Assembly: GCA_963558245.1 (NCBI GenBank)
Contig: CAUWGA010000001.1
Location: 82,588-146,587 of the forward strand
Source of the DNA: an uncultured Clostridia bacterium
Lineage (GTDB): Bacteria > Bacillota > Clostridia > TANB77 > CAG-508
Direction of reading: 5' to 3'
Length of the DNA: 64,000 nucleotides
A program made the translations under genes and the position numbers. Below, one piece after another: positions 29,241 to 39,137 of this stretch. Below the pieces are notes generated by a model that saw only the letters and a list, made by a program, of their open reading frames with translations, was not told where the DNA came from and made no database searches. Each line of letters begins with the position of its first letter. The stretch's first letter is position 1.

Positions 29241-29910
29241 CTGCTATATCCCTTTCTTTTTCTCTTAAATTTAACAATATTTTTGCTTCCTTCATTACTT
29301 CTTCTTTACTTTTTTGATTTGTATCAATATGCAAAAATTTGTCTCTATTTTGTTCTGCAATTATACCAAAGAATTCTATTTGTTTATCAATTAATTCTTT
29401 ACTAATCCAATCTTCCTGAGATAATTCTTGTCCTAATTCGATTTGTCTAATTCTATTTCTTTTTACAATCTCTTTATGTTCAGCTTGAAGCCATATATGT
29501 TTATCTGGAAAATTTATTTTTTGTTCTTGCACTTTTTGTACAAATTTATTATATAATTCTTCAGCATTATCATAAATTCCTGACCATATATTGATATCGT
29601 TAAATGAATATGCAACAGATAAAATTTCTAGTACACTTCTATCCATAACTACCGTTTTGTTTCCTTTAGATAAGTTATTTGCTTCTTTTAATCTATCATA
29701 TTCTAATTCAAAGAAAAATATTTGATTTTCTTTTTCTTCTTTTAAAGTTTTAGGTATAGGTGGAATCTTAGGATATTTTTCAGGATGCTTCTTTGCAAAT
29801 TGACTAGCACCTGGAATAACTATAATATCTTCCATATTTTGTGCTAAATTATTACATAATGTAGTTTTCCCAGCATTTGAAGTTCCATCTATTACAATAA
29901 TTCTTCCCAT
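29233..29910 (-). CDS. P-loop (deoxy)nucleoside/nucleotide kinase-like protein
   Basis: 225 aa with Walker A IDGTSNAGKTT and a DRS motif (VVMDRSVLE), as in dNK/dNMP kinase folds. Confidence 0.65.
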   Translation of the reverse strand: MGRIIVIDGTSNAGKTTLCNNLAQNMEDIIVIPGASQFAKKHPEKYPKIPPIPKTLKEEKENQIFFFELEYDRLKEANNLSKGNKTVVMDRSVLEILSVAYSFNDINIWSGIYDNAEELYNKFVQKVQEQKINFPDKHIWLQAEHKEIVKRNRIRQIELGQELSQEDWISKELIDKQIEFFGIIAEQNRDKFLHIDTNQKSKEEVMKEAKILLNLREKERDIADD

Positions 29911-29939
29911 TCTTTTCCCCTTTCCTAACTTTTTAGTTT

Positions 29940-30371
29940 CTAATTCTCTATATCTTTTAGCATTTTTTCTAGTTCTTCTAAGTTCTTTGCTATCTTAAAA
30001 TCCAAACACCCACTAATCATTAAATTATCATCTCCTGTATAGTCTAATGCCCTTGTGTCTGTTTTAAATCCAATAGCTTTTATTCCCCAAGCATACGCCA
30101 TACCAAGTTCTACACATCCGCCCTCATCTGGAACTCTACCATTTAAATCAAAAATTAATAAATCTGAATTTTTTATACATTCCACATCTCCTTCAAATAT
30201 TTTTTTGTTTATCTCTAATTTATTATTTTCGTTCATCATTTCATATGATAATCCTGATTCATCTTGTGGTAAATAAACTTCATATCCCTTACTTTCTAAC
30301 CATTTTTTCATTTCTGAATTTCTTTTTAATTCCATATCATTAAATAATGGTGCTGCATAATATATTTTCAT
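29940..30371 (-). CDS. Nucleoside 2-deoxyribosyltransferase family protein
   Basis: 143 aa. Begins MKIYYAAPLFN... and carries a catalytic-Glu context DEGGCVELGMAYAWG typical of the NDT/Rcl fold. Confidence 0.8.
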   Translation of the reverse strand: MKIYYAAPLFNDMELKRNSEMKKWLESKGYEVYLPQDESGLSYEMMNENNKLEINKKIFEGDVECIKNSDLLIFDLNGRVPDEGGCVELGMAYAWGIKAIGFKTDTRALDYTGDDNLMISGCLDFKIAKNLEELEKMLKDIEN

Positions 30372-30488
30372 TTTTTGCTTTTTCCTTTCTTTACATGTTT
30401 ATTATATGTTATTTATTTTTGCTTATCATTTATTATATTGCATTTCTGTGCTCACTTTTAATAAACAATATCTACTTTGACATAATTT

Positions 30489-31157
30489 TTAAAAAATCTT
30501 ATATTTTATTTCATTATCAAAAGTATCTATTTCTTCATTTTTCTTTATCAAATTAACTACTTTATATGTTATAGGAGTTAATACTACTTCTACTAAAACT
30601 TTTAATACATAAATATTTAGTATTAAACTAAATATTTCTTGTAGATTTAAAACACCAATAAATACTATAGGAACAAATAATATCGTATCTAGACCTTCTC
30701 CTATTAAAGTTGAAACAATAGTTCTTAGAGCTAAATATTTTCCTTTTGTTTTTATTTTTATTTTAGATAAAACCATTGCATTCGTAAAATTTCCTACTAA
30801 AAATGATATAAATGATGCAATTAATATTCGTGGTGTACTTCCTAAGATATTTACAAAATCATTTTGCAATGTAAATGATTCATCTGCTGGAAGCCATATT
30901 GAAACTCCAAATATTGTTACCATTACTAAATTACAAAAAAATGACAACCATATTACTAATTTTGCTTTGTTAAATCCATACACTTCTGTAAATATATCAT
31001 TTAAAATATATGTTATTGGGAATAACATATCTGCTGCTGTAAATATTAGTCCAAATACATTTATAGTTTTAACTGTAATAATATTTGATATTAATAAAAA
31101 TGTAATATTAATGCCAAATAATATTACAAATATTTTTGAATATGTTTGTTTTTTCAT
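30489..31157 (-). CDS. yhhQ: YhhQ/Vut1 family 7-deazapurine (queuosine precursor) transporter
   Basis: 222 aa and polytopic. Has the signature FPITYILNDIFTEVYG. Its start overlaps the upstream gene's stop (ATGA). Confidence 0.85.
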   Translation of the reverse strand: MKKQTYSKIFVILFGINITFLLISNIITVKTINVFGLIFTAADMLFPITYILNDIFTEVYGFNKAKLVIWLSFFCNLVMVTIFGVSIWLPADESFTLQNDFVNILGSTPRILIASFISFLVGNFTNAMVLSKIKIKTKGKYLALRTIVSTLIGEGLDTILFVPIVFIGVLNLQEIFSLILNIYVLKVLVEVVLTPITYKVVNLIKKNEEIDTFDNEIKYKIF

Positions 31158-31792
31158 TTTATTTTTTTCACTACTTCCTTTTCTATTATCTTTATATATT
31201 TTTCATTAAATCCTCTTTTAATAAAAAATTCTTTTCCATAATTAGCATCAAGTAAATCAAATATTGCAAATCGTATTCTTTTATTAAAGTATAAATCTAT
31301 TGATAATCTATGTGCACCATCAATAATTTCTCCATTTTTTGTTATCGGTATAATAGTTTTATTTGTTCCTGTTTGTTTTATGCTGTTAATTAAGTTGTTA
31401 AATTTATTTATAAATTCTTCTTTTCCTTTTTTATTTCCATCTGGTTCTAAAAAATTGTTAAAACTCTTTATATGTTCTAAATATATTTCTTTGGCTAAAT
31501 CATAATTTTTATTTTCTATATATGATTTTACATAATAGTATTTTATAAAAACATCATATCTATATTGGCTTATTAGATTAATTGGAGAAGTCTCATATAT
31601 TCTTACTTTTGGCCTTTTTTTCAAAAGTGACATTATATAATCATTTTTTATCAAGTTCTTTAGTTCTTCGTATTTTATTGTTTCTATATACTTAGACATT
31701 TTTATAGGATTATTTTTTTCTTTTTTATTTTCGTCTTTAAGTTGTTCAAATTTTATAATCCCCATGCCTGGTATTTCAATTACTTCTTCCAT
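31154..31792 (-). CDS. Hypothetical protein with a ParB/Srx-fold motif
   Basis: 212 aa. The C-terminal segment IIPITKNGEIIDGAHRLS matches the DGxHR core of ParB N-terminal/sulfiredoxin-fold domains. Translationally coupled to yhhQ. Confidence 0.55.
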   Translation of the reverse strand: MEEVIEIPGMGIIKFEQLKDENKKEKNNPIKMSKYIETIKYEELKNLIKNDYIMSLLKKRPKVRIYETSPINLISQYRYDVFIKYYYVKSYIENKNYDLAKEIYLEHIKSFNNFLEPDGNKKGKEEFINKFNNLINSIKQTGTNKTIIPITKNGEIIDGAHRLSIDLYFNKRIRFAIFDLLDANYGKEFFIKRGFNEKYIKIIEKEVVKKIK

Positions 31793-31880
31793 ATTTAATC
31801 TAATTCCTTTCTAAAAACATTATTCATGTTAGAAAATAATTATAGTTAATTAAATTTTAATATTATATATTATAACATAC

Positions 31881-31912
31881 AAAATATAATAAGAGCAAAA
31901 TATTTTGCCCTT
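31881..31912 (-). terminator. Probable terminator after the P-type ATPase gene
   Basis: Minus strand reads aagggcaaaa-ta-ttttgctctt (with one G-U pair), followed by attatatttt. Confidence 0.55.
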
Positions 31913-31924
31913 AACTTTAAATTT

Positions 31925-34246
31925 TTAAACAATTTGTTTATTTTTATATACTTTTCTTTTTATATGTATGGTTAAATAACTAATTATTGCTAAAACTATA
32001 ACCACTATAATTTCTGCTCCTGTTAAAGCTGATAGTTTTAGTAAATTATGGCATATCAATGCTAGTACAAAAAATCCTATTGTTGTTGTAGTAAACAAAA
32101 ATATACGCATTTTATTAAATGGTTTACAAACTTCTTCAACTGCTAAAATACTAACAAATCCTATTAAAATATACATCATTGTTGTTAGTTGATTTTGTGG
32201 TATTTGTATTATTTTTCCTGATATTGTTAATGTAATTATATTAAAAATAATTGCAATTGCAAATGGTAAAGCATTTGTGAGTGCTTTCACTAAAAAAGAA
32301 CCTGTCACCGGTGTTTTGTTCTTTTCAAATGTTATGAAGAAAGATGTGTAACCTTCTATTATTAAATCTATTAATGTTATCTGTATAGGTATAAATGGGA
32401 ATTCCATATTTGTTATAATACACAATAATGATAGTAATACTGAATAAATAGTTTTTATGAAAAATATTCTAGCTACTTTAGTTATATTATTTACAACCCT
32501 TCTTCCTTCCATTAGTACATCTTTTAACACACTAAAATCTGGATTTAACAATACAATTTTTGAAACTTGTTTTGCTGCATCACTTGCATCTGGTAATGTT
32601 ATACTACAATCTGATTCACGAAGTGCAATAACATCATTTACTCCATCTCCTGTCATAGCTACTTTATGTCCTTTGGCCTGTAAAGCTTTTATTATTATAC
32701 TTTTTTGATGTGGTAATACCCTTGCAAAAATACTATATCTATCAACTAAATTAACAATTTCTGCATCAGTACTTATTGTAGATAAATCTATATATGATTC
32801 ATAATCTTTTAAACCTGCTCTTTTAGCTATGTTAGAAACTGTTAAAGGATTATCACCAGATATAATTTTTACATCTATTCCTTGGTTTTTGAAATATCCT
32901 AACATCTCTTTAGCATTTTTTCTTAAGGGGTCTTCTAACGTTATAATAGCTACTACTTCTAAATTAGACAGCCTATCTTCTGATATTTCTTCTTTTGAAT
33001 ACGCTACTCCTAATACTCTTTTTCCATTTTTTTGTAACTCTACTATTTTTTCTGGCATCTCGTCATCACTTTTTGCAAATAATTTTTCTGGTGCTCCAAC
33101 TATAATTGACCCTTCTTTTTTAAATGATATTGAACTCCATTTTCTTTCAGATGAAAATGATATATTACATGATTTTTCATAAGTAGTTTTTCCATCAAAA
33201 TGCTCTTTCATTGCTTTAAATGTTGAATTTGTATCATCCATACCATTAACAAATGCTTCCATCATATTATTAAATGGCTTTGGTAATATTTTTTCATTGT
33301 ATATTTCTATTTCTGATACTGACATTTTTCCATTTGTAATAGTTCCTGTTTTGTCTAAACAAATTGTGTCTATATGTGCTAATGCTTCTATACTATATGA
33401 TTCTTGAACTAACACTTCTTTTTTTGCAAGTTTTATTACTCCTGATTCTAATGCTATTGTTATTAAAAGTACCAATCCTTTAGGTAACATACCTAATAGC
33501 GCTGCTGATGTTGCTATAACTGCTTGTGTAATAGTTGACTCTCTAAAGAAAAATGCTTGTATAAATAATATTATTCCTACTGGTATAATTACAAAACTTG
33601 TAAACTTAGTAACTCTTTTCATAGAGTTTAATAACTCAGAATTATTTTCTTTTTCTTGTTTTGTTGCATTTAATATTTGGCTTGCAAAATTGTCATCTCC
33701 AACTTTTTCCACTATCGCATAGCATCTTCCACTCACTATGTAACTTCCAGATAATAACTTGTCCTCATAACTTTTTACTATTGAGTCTGATTCACCTGTC
33801 AACAATGATTCATTTACTTCTACCTCTCCTTGTATAACATAAGAGTCTGAAGGTATTTGATCTCCTTGTTTTAAAAGAATTGTATCTCCCAATACAACTT
33901 CATCTATTTCGATTTCAATTTGTTTTCCATCTCTAATTACTATTGTTTTAGATGCTGTTAAAATTGACAATTTTTTAACCAAATTTCTTCCATGTATTTC
34001 CTGTATTATTCCTATTAATACATTTACAATAATTATTGCAAAGAAAAAAGTATTAGTATAGGCCTTTACCATAACTAAAGCTATAGCTATAATAAGATTA
34101 TATAAATTAAATAATGTGAATACATTATCTCGTATAATTTGCCAGTTTGTTTTTAATTTATCATTATTCCTTTTATTTACTTTTCCTTCCTTTATTCTTT
34201 CTTGAACTTCATTTTTAGATAATCCTTCAATCTTTTTTTCTCCCAT
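31925..34246 (-). CDS. Cation-translocating P-type ATPase (HAD-IC, type II-like)
   Basis: 773 aa with TGESD, the phosphorylation site DKTGTITNG and the hinge MTGDGVNDVIAL. Eight to ten TM helices. Confidence 0.88.
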   Translation of the reverse strand: MGEKKIEGLSKNEVQERIKEGKVNKRNNDKLKTNWQIIRDNVFTLFNLYNLIIAIALVMVKAYTNTFFFAIIIVNVLIGIIQEIHGRNLVKKLSILTASKTIVIRDGKQIEIEIDEVVLGDTILLKQGDQIPSDSYVIQGEVEVNESLLTGESDSIVKSYEDKLLSGSYIVSGRCYAIVEKVGDDNFASQILNATKQEKENNSELLNSMKRVTKFTSFVIIPVGIILFIQAFFFRESTITQAVIATSAALLGMLPKGLVLLITIALESGVIKLAKKEVLVQESYSIEALAHIDTICLDKTGTITNGKMSVSEIEIYNEKILPKPFNNMMEAFVNGMDDTNSTFKAMKEHFDGKTTYEKSCNISFSSERKWSSISFKKEGSIIVGAPEKLFAKSDDEMPEKIVELQKNGKRVLGVAYSKEEISEDRLSNLEVVAIITLEDPLRKNAKEMLGYFKNQGIDVKIISGDNPLTVSNIAKRAGLKDYESYIDLSTISTDAEIVNLVDRYSIFARVLPHQKSIIIKALQAKGHKVAMTGDGVNDVIALRESDCSITLPDASDAAKQVSKIVLLNPDFSVLKDVLMEGRRVVNNITKVARIFFIKTIYSVLLSLLCIITNMEFPFIPIQITLIDLIIEGYTSFFITFEKNKTPVTGSFLVKALTNALPFAIAIIFNIITLTISGKIIQIPQNQLTTMMYILIGFVSILAVEEVCKPFNKMRIFLFTTTTIGFFVLALICHNLLKLSALTGAEIIVVIVLAIISYLTIHIKRKVYKNKQIV

Positions 34247-34327
34247 TTAACTCCTCCTTTAAAACCGTTTTATCTGATATTTTTATTTATATCACAAAAA
34301 ACAAAAAAAGAATAGTTTTTTATATAA

Positions 34328-35131
34328 CTATTCTTTCTTATATTCCTTATTATTTATTTCTTGCATTTTTAAATACACTTCTTGCTTTAATTCTTCTGCT
34401 TTTTGTCTTATGTTTTTTTCTTCTACAGATGGATAAATTGGGTCTAATATTGTCAATGTAACATCTTTTTTACTTTTTATTTTCTTTCTTATTCCTTTTG
34501 GTTCTCTAAATGTAAATACCATCGGAATTATTGGTACATTATTTTTTACTGCTAAAGTAAATGCTCCATTTTTAAAATTTCTTATTTTTGTATAATATGG
34601 AAATAATGCTCTTTCTGGATAAAAATGTACAATATTTTTGTTTCTTACTAATTCATTTATATTTTTTATTAATTTTTCTTTATCTTTTATTTTTGCAGGT
34701 ATTGGCATAGCTCTTAATAATTTTATTAATTTCCTTACTAACGGAATTTTAAAACTATCTTGTGTTGTTGTATAATATATTTTTTTCCTTCCAGTAGATA
34801 ATCCAACCATAGCACAGTCTAATATTAATACATGGTTTGAAACACTTATTGCTCCGCCTTTTATATTTCTTATTTTTTCTTTTCCTTCTATTTTTAAGTC
34901 ATATACTATTTTAGTAAATATAGTTAAAATTGGAAAAGCAATTATATAATATAAAAAATCTGAACACATTTGAAATAATTTATTTTTAGAAACATATTCG
35001 TATTTTTCATCTATGTTAAATTCAAGTGGTTCCCATAATTCTATTATGTGTTCATTTTCATCTGCAATTTCTTCTAAAGCTTCTATTTCTTCCATATTTT
35101 TTAATGCATATTCTTTAATACTACTTTTCAT
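34328..35131 (-). CDS. Lysophospholipid acyltransferase (PlsC-like)
   Basis: 267 aa with HX4D motif NHVLILD and a later FPERA-type motif (FYPERA). Confidence 0.8.
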   Translation of the reverse strand: MKSSIKEYALKNMEEIEALEEIADENEHIIELWEPLEFNIDEKYEYVSKNKLFQMCSDFLYYIIAFPILTIFTKIVYDLKIEGKEKIRNIKGGAISVSNHVLILDCAMVGLSTGRKKIYYTTTQDSFKIPLVRKLIKLLRAMPIPAKIKDKEKLIKNINELVRNKNIVHFYPERALFPYYTKIRNFKNGAFTLAVKNNVPIIPMVFTFREPKGIRKKIKSKKDVTLTILDPIYPSVEEKNIRQKAEELKQEVYLKMQEINNKEYKKE

Positions 35132-36235
35132 TTATACACCTTTTATTTCTTTTATAATTAGTTTTGCAATTTTTTCACTAGTATTTCTATCAATATTATT
35201 TTTTTGATTTTCTATCATTTCATTTTGTATTTGTATATTATTTAATAATTGTTTTGTTTTATTTATTACTTCTTCTGTATTATTGCATTTTATAGCCATT
35301 TTTCTTTCTTCAAAAAAATTAGCATTATTATTTTCGCATCCAGGTATTGGCATCGTATGTATTAATGGCTTTCTTAATGTTGCCACTTCTGTTGTTGTTA
35401 AACCTCCTGGCTTAGTTAGTATAATTTCACTACTTTTCATATATAAGTCTATATTTTCTGTAAATAAAAGTGCCTTGCATTTATCTTTTATTTCTTCAAA
35501 TACTTTTTCATTTTTACCACATGAAACTATAAATTCACACATTGGTATGTTTTTTTTCAATTCTTTTATCATTTCTGATATATTACCAAATCCCATACTT
35601 CCTGTTAATACTAAAATATATTTTTTGTTTTTATCTAAATTTAATAATTCTTTACATTTTTCTTTTTCATAATCTTCAGAAAATTTTTTAGAAACTGGTA
35701 TTCCAATTGGTAATAATGCTTTTTTATTATTGCCTTTTTCTTCAAATTCTCCTTTTAAATTGCTATGTGGTATTATAAAGTAATCTGGATTTGTTTCATT
35801 CCAAAATGGTATTGAAGTATAATCTGTTGCAATTTGTAAAAAATGTATATTATGTTCTTTTTTTATTGCTGTTAAAGCTTGTGCAGGAAATAAATGTGTT
35901 GCTACAATATAATCATACTTATTTTCTACTATATACTTATATAATTTATTTCTATTTAACCAATTTAATTGATATACTGGAGATTTTAGTTTTGTTTTTT
36001 GATATAGCTCTCCTAATTTATAAACTCTTTTAAAAGCTTTTCCATTATGAGATGTACTACTTATATATAATTTATTGACTTTATCTTTTAATTTTGGTTC
36101 TGTTATTTCTAAATATTCTTTAAATACTGCTTCCGCACCTTGTTCTTCTAATGCTTCTTTTACTGCAATTGCTGCTGAATTATGTCCTCCTCCTGTACCA
36201 CATGACAATATTAATATCTTCATCTTTTTCTCCAT
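35132..36235 (-). CDS. MGDG synthase/UgtP-like diacylglycerol glycosyltransferase (GT28)
   Basis: 367 aa with N-terminal ILILSCGTGGGHNSAA and a C-terminal GT-B half (KPGGLTTTE). Confidence 0.82.
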   Translation of the reverse strand: MEKKMKILILSCGTGGGHNSAAIAVKEALEEQGAEAVFKEYLEITEPKLKDKVNKLYISSTSHNGKAFKRVYKLGELYQKTKLKSPVYQLNWLNRNKLYKYIVENKYDYIVATHLFPAQALTAIKKEHNIHFLQIATDYTSIPFWNETNPDYFIIPHSNLKGEFEEKGNNKKALLPIGIPVSKKFSEDYEKEKCKELLNLDKNKKYILVLTGSMGFGNISEMIKELKKNIPMCEFIVSCGKNEKVFEEIKDKCKALLFTENIDLYMKSSEIILTKPGGLTTTEVATLRKPLIHTMPIPGCENNNANFFEERKMAIKCNNTEEVINKTKQLLNNIQIQNEMIENQKNNIDRNTSEKIAKLIIKEIKGV

Positions 36236-36238
36236 TTA

Positions 36239-36598
36239 TTATATTATTTTAGGTATAAATATCATTAATCCTACTATAGCACTACCTATTGCTAAAATTA
36301 AAACCGCTCCTGCTGAAACATCTTTTGCTATTTTGGCTTTTTCATTTTTTTCTGTTGTTATCATATCTACAACTGTTTCAATAGCAGTATTAAAAAGCTC
36401 GGCTGAAATTACTAATGTAAATAAAATAATACATATAAACCACTCTATCTTGCTTATTTTTAATAATATTCCTACGATTATAACCAATAACATTATTAAT
36501 ACATGTATTTTCATGTTTCTTTCTGTTTTAAATGATGTTATTATTCCTTGAAATGCATATTTAAAACTATTTAATATTTTTTTTGTTTTTGCTCTCAT
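36239..36598 (-). CDS. dgkA: Diacylglycerol/undecaprenol kinase
   Basis: 119 aa with three TM helices. Contains AELFNTAIE and KDVSAGAV motifs. Confidence 0.88.
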   Translation of the reverse strand: MRAKTKKILNSFKYAFQGIITSFKTERNMKIHVLIMLLVIIVGILLKISKIEWFICIILFTLVISAELFNTAIETVVDMITTEKNEKAKIAKDVSAGAVLILAIGSAIVGLMIFIPKII

Positions 36599-36615
36599 CT
36601 TTTTTACCTCTTAAT

Positions 36616-36834
36616 TTATTCTACTACTTTAAATCCCGCTTCTTGGACAGCTTCTTCTATTATGCTATTTTCAATTTCTTTTTTCAGTATTATTTTAGCT
36701 ACTTTTTCTTCTAAATCTACTTTTACTGATTTTATTTCAGCTATAGATTTTAAAGCTTGCTCCACCTTTTTTACACAATGTATACAACTCATGCCCTCTA
36801 TTTTTATTGTTTTTTCTATTTTGTTTCCAAACAT
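36616..36834 (-). CDS. copZ: Copper chaperone (HMA domain)
   Basis: 72 aa with GMSCIHCVKKV (MxCxxC). Lies downstream of copA. Confidence 0.88.
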   Translation of the reverse strand: MFGNKIEKTIKIEGMSCIHCVKKVEQALKSIAEIKSVKVDLEEKVAKIILKKEIENSIIEEAVQEAGFKVVE

Positions 36835-36912
36835 AAAAACATCCTCCTATTTTTTAATTATTTGATTTCTCTATTATTGTTATAGCATACTGTATTATAT
36901 CTTTTACTAATA

Positions 36913-39126
36913 TTATACATCTATTTTTATCTGTTTTAGTCTCAATGCATTTAGTATTACTGTAAAACTACTTAATGTCATTGCAATTCCAGCTATCATT
37001 GGATTAATAGAAATTCCTATTGGTTTTAAAAATCCTATTGCAATAGGTATCATTAAAATATTATATAAAAATGCCCAAAATAAATTTTGTTTGATATTTT
37101 TAATTGTTTTTTTACTTATTTCAATTAATTCTAAAATTTTACTTAAGTCATTTTTCATTAAAATTACATCAGATGAATCCATTGCAATGTCTGTTCCAGA
37201 ATTTATACTAATTCCTATATCACTACTTGCAAGTGCTGGACTATCATTTATACCATCACCACACATAATAACCTTTTTTCCTTGTTTTTTCAAGTCTTTT
37301 ATTGTTTTTGTTTTTTCTTCTGGTACAACATTTGCAATTACTTTTTCTATTCCTATTTCCTCTGCGATAAATTTAGCTGTTTTTTCGTTATCTCCTGTTA
37401 ACATTATTGTTTCTATGTTTTTATTTTTTAATTTATTTATAACTGCCTTAACATTTTCTCTTATTATATCATTTACTCCAATTATTGCAATTACTTCATT
37501 GTTTTTTACAATATAAACTATACTATTTCCTTTTTTAGCTAAAGCTTCTTCATCTTCTTTATATTTATTTTGTATGTTAAAATGTTCTAAGATTTTATAG
37601 TTTCCAAGGATTATTTCTATGTTTTCTACTTTTCCTTTTATTCCTAACCCTGATAATTCTTCAAAGTCTTTTACTTCTAAAGTTTTTATATTATTTTCTT
37701 TTAAGTACCCTGTAAAAGCTTGTGATATTGGGTGTGTAGACTTAGCTTCTAAACTTCCTACTATTTTCATTAATTCATTTTCTGAAAGTGTACTATAATT
37801 TACAATTTTAGAAATCTTCAATTTCCCATAAGTTAGTGTTCCGGTTTTATCAAAAACAATTGTGTCTATTTTTTCAGCATTTTCTAGCACTTCACTTTTC
37901 TTAACTAATATTCCTCTACTTGCGCATGCACCTTCGCTTACTACAATTGCAAGTGGGGTTGCTAATCCTAATGCACATGGACATGCCACTACTAAAATTG
38001 ATACAAATGTTGTAAGTGCTGTCCCAATACTTTCTCCAATTATTAAGTATATTGCTAATGAAATTATTGCAATTAAAATTATTATTGGAACAAAGTATCC
38101 ACTAACTTTATCTGCAACTTTTGCAATTGGTGCTTTAGTATTAGTTGCTTCTACTACTAATTTTACAATTTGAGAAATTGTAGAATCTCTGCCTATTTTT
38201 TCTGCTGTATATTCTAAATATCCATCATAGTTTATACTTCCTGCAATAACTTTATTTCCCACACTTTTTAATATAGGTTTACTTTCTCCTGTTAAAAAGC
38301 TTTCATCTAAATGTGCTTTTCCACTAATTATTTCTCCATCAACAGATATTCTATCACCTGCATGACTAATAACTATATCTCCTTCTTTTATTTCGTCTAT
38401 TGTTACTTCTTTTTCGTTCCCATCTATTTTTATTGTTGCTTTACTTGGTGTTATTTGAACCAAACTTTGTATTGCTGATTTTGTTTTATTTTTACTTATT
38501 CCATCTACATATCTTCCTAATTTAACAAAAAATATTACTATAGCTGATGATTCAAAATATAAATCATGTACATAATGATTATTTCCGTTTAATATCATAA
38601 TCATACTATATACACTATACAAAAAGCTACTTATTACACCTATTGCAACTAATGTATCCATATTAGGTGATTTATAAAATATATTTTTTATTCCACTTTT
38701 TATTATATCAAAACCATATGCAATAAAAGCAATTGTTAGCATAAACAGTGTAATTGCATAGTTTACTGGATTAATATTCATATTTAAAAATTCTATAATT
38801 GGTAAACCAAACATAGTTCCCATTGATATATAAAGCAATATTACAGCTAAAAATCCAAAAATAGCAAAAAGTATTTTATCTCTTTTATGCTTATTTTCTT
38901 CAGCTTTAGGATTATATTCTCCTAAACTCTTAAATCCTGCTTTTTTTACAAAAACATCTAATTGCTTTTTATCAATTTTAGTTTCATCATATTCAATAAG
39001 TGCATTTGCCATAACCAAATTTACAGTTGCATTTATTATTCCATCTTGTTTATTTAAATATTTCTCTAATCCATTTGAGCATGCACTACATGTCATACCT
39101 TCAATTGCTAATAAAATCTTTTTCAT
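36913..39126 (-). CDS. copA: Copper-translocating P-type ATPase
   Basis: N-terminal HMA (GMTCSACS), CPC in the TM region (ACPCALGLATP), DKTGTLT and GDGINDSPAL. I place the start at MKKILLAIEG (ATG 39126) because GGAGAA lies 5 nt upstream. The track's 25 extra codons read through repeat copy C. Confidence 0.92.
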   Translation of the reverse strand: MKKILLAIEGMTCSACSNGLEKYLNKQDGIINATVNLVMANALIEYDETKIDKKQLDVFVKKAGFKSLGEYNPKAEENKHKRDKILFAIFGFLAVILLYISMGTMFGLPIIEFLNMNINPVNYAITLFMLTIAFIAYGFDIIKSGIKNIFYKSPNMDTLVAIGVISSFLYSVYSMIMILNGNNHYVHDLYFESSAIVIFFVKLGRYVDGISKNKTKSAIQSLVQITPSKATIKIDGNEKEVTIDEIKEGDIVISHAGDRISVDGEIISGKAHLDESFLTGESKPILKSVGNKVIAGSINYDGYLEYTAEKIGRDSTISQIVKLVVEATNTKAPIAKVADKVSGYFVPIIILIAIISLAIYLIIGESIGTALTTFVSILVVACPCALGLATPLAIVVSEGACASRGILVKKSEVLENAEKIDTIVFDKTGTLTYGKLKISKIVNYSTLSENELMKIVGSLEAKSTHPISQAFTGYLKENNIKTLEVKDFEELSGLGIKGKVENIEIILGNYKILEHFNIQNKYKEDEEALAKKGNSIVYIVKNNEVIAIIGVNDIIRENVKAVINKLKNKNIETIMLTGDNEKTAKFIAEEIGIEKVIANVVPEEKTKTIKDLKKQGKKVIMCGDGINDSPALASSDIGISINSGTDIAMDSSDVILMKNDLSKILELIEISKKTIKNIKQNLFWAFLYNILMIPIAIGFLKPIGISINPMIAGIAMTLSSFTVILNALRLKQIKIDV

Positions 39127-39137
39127 CTTTTCTCCTT

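Noticed and set aside
30372-30488. Possible preQ1 riboswitch near yhhQ or the deoxyribosyltransferase gene (also checked 31793..31924)
   Set aside because: Neither intergenic region contains the preQ1-I or preQ1-II consensus, that is a short hairpin followed by an A-rich tail ending in CUA next to the SD.
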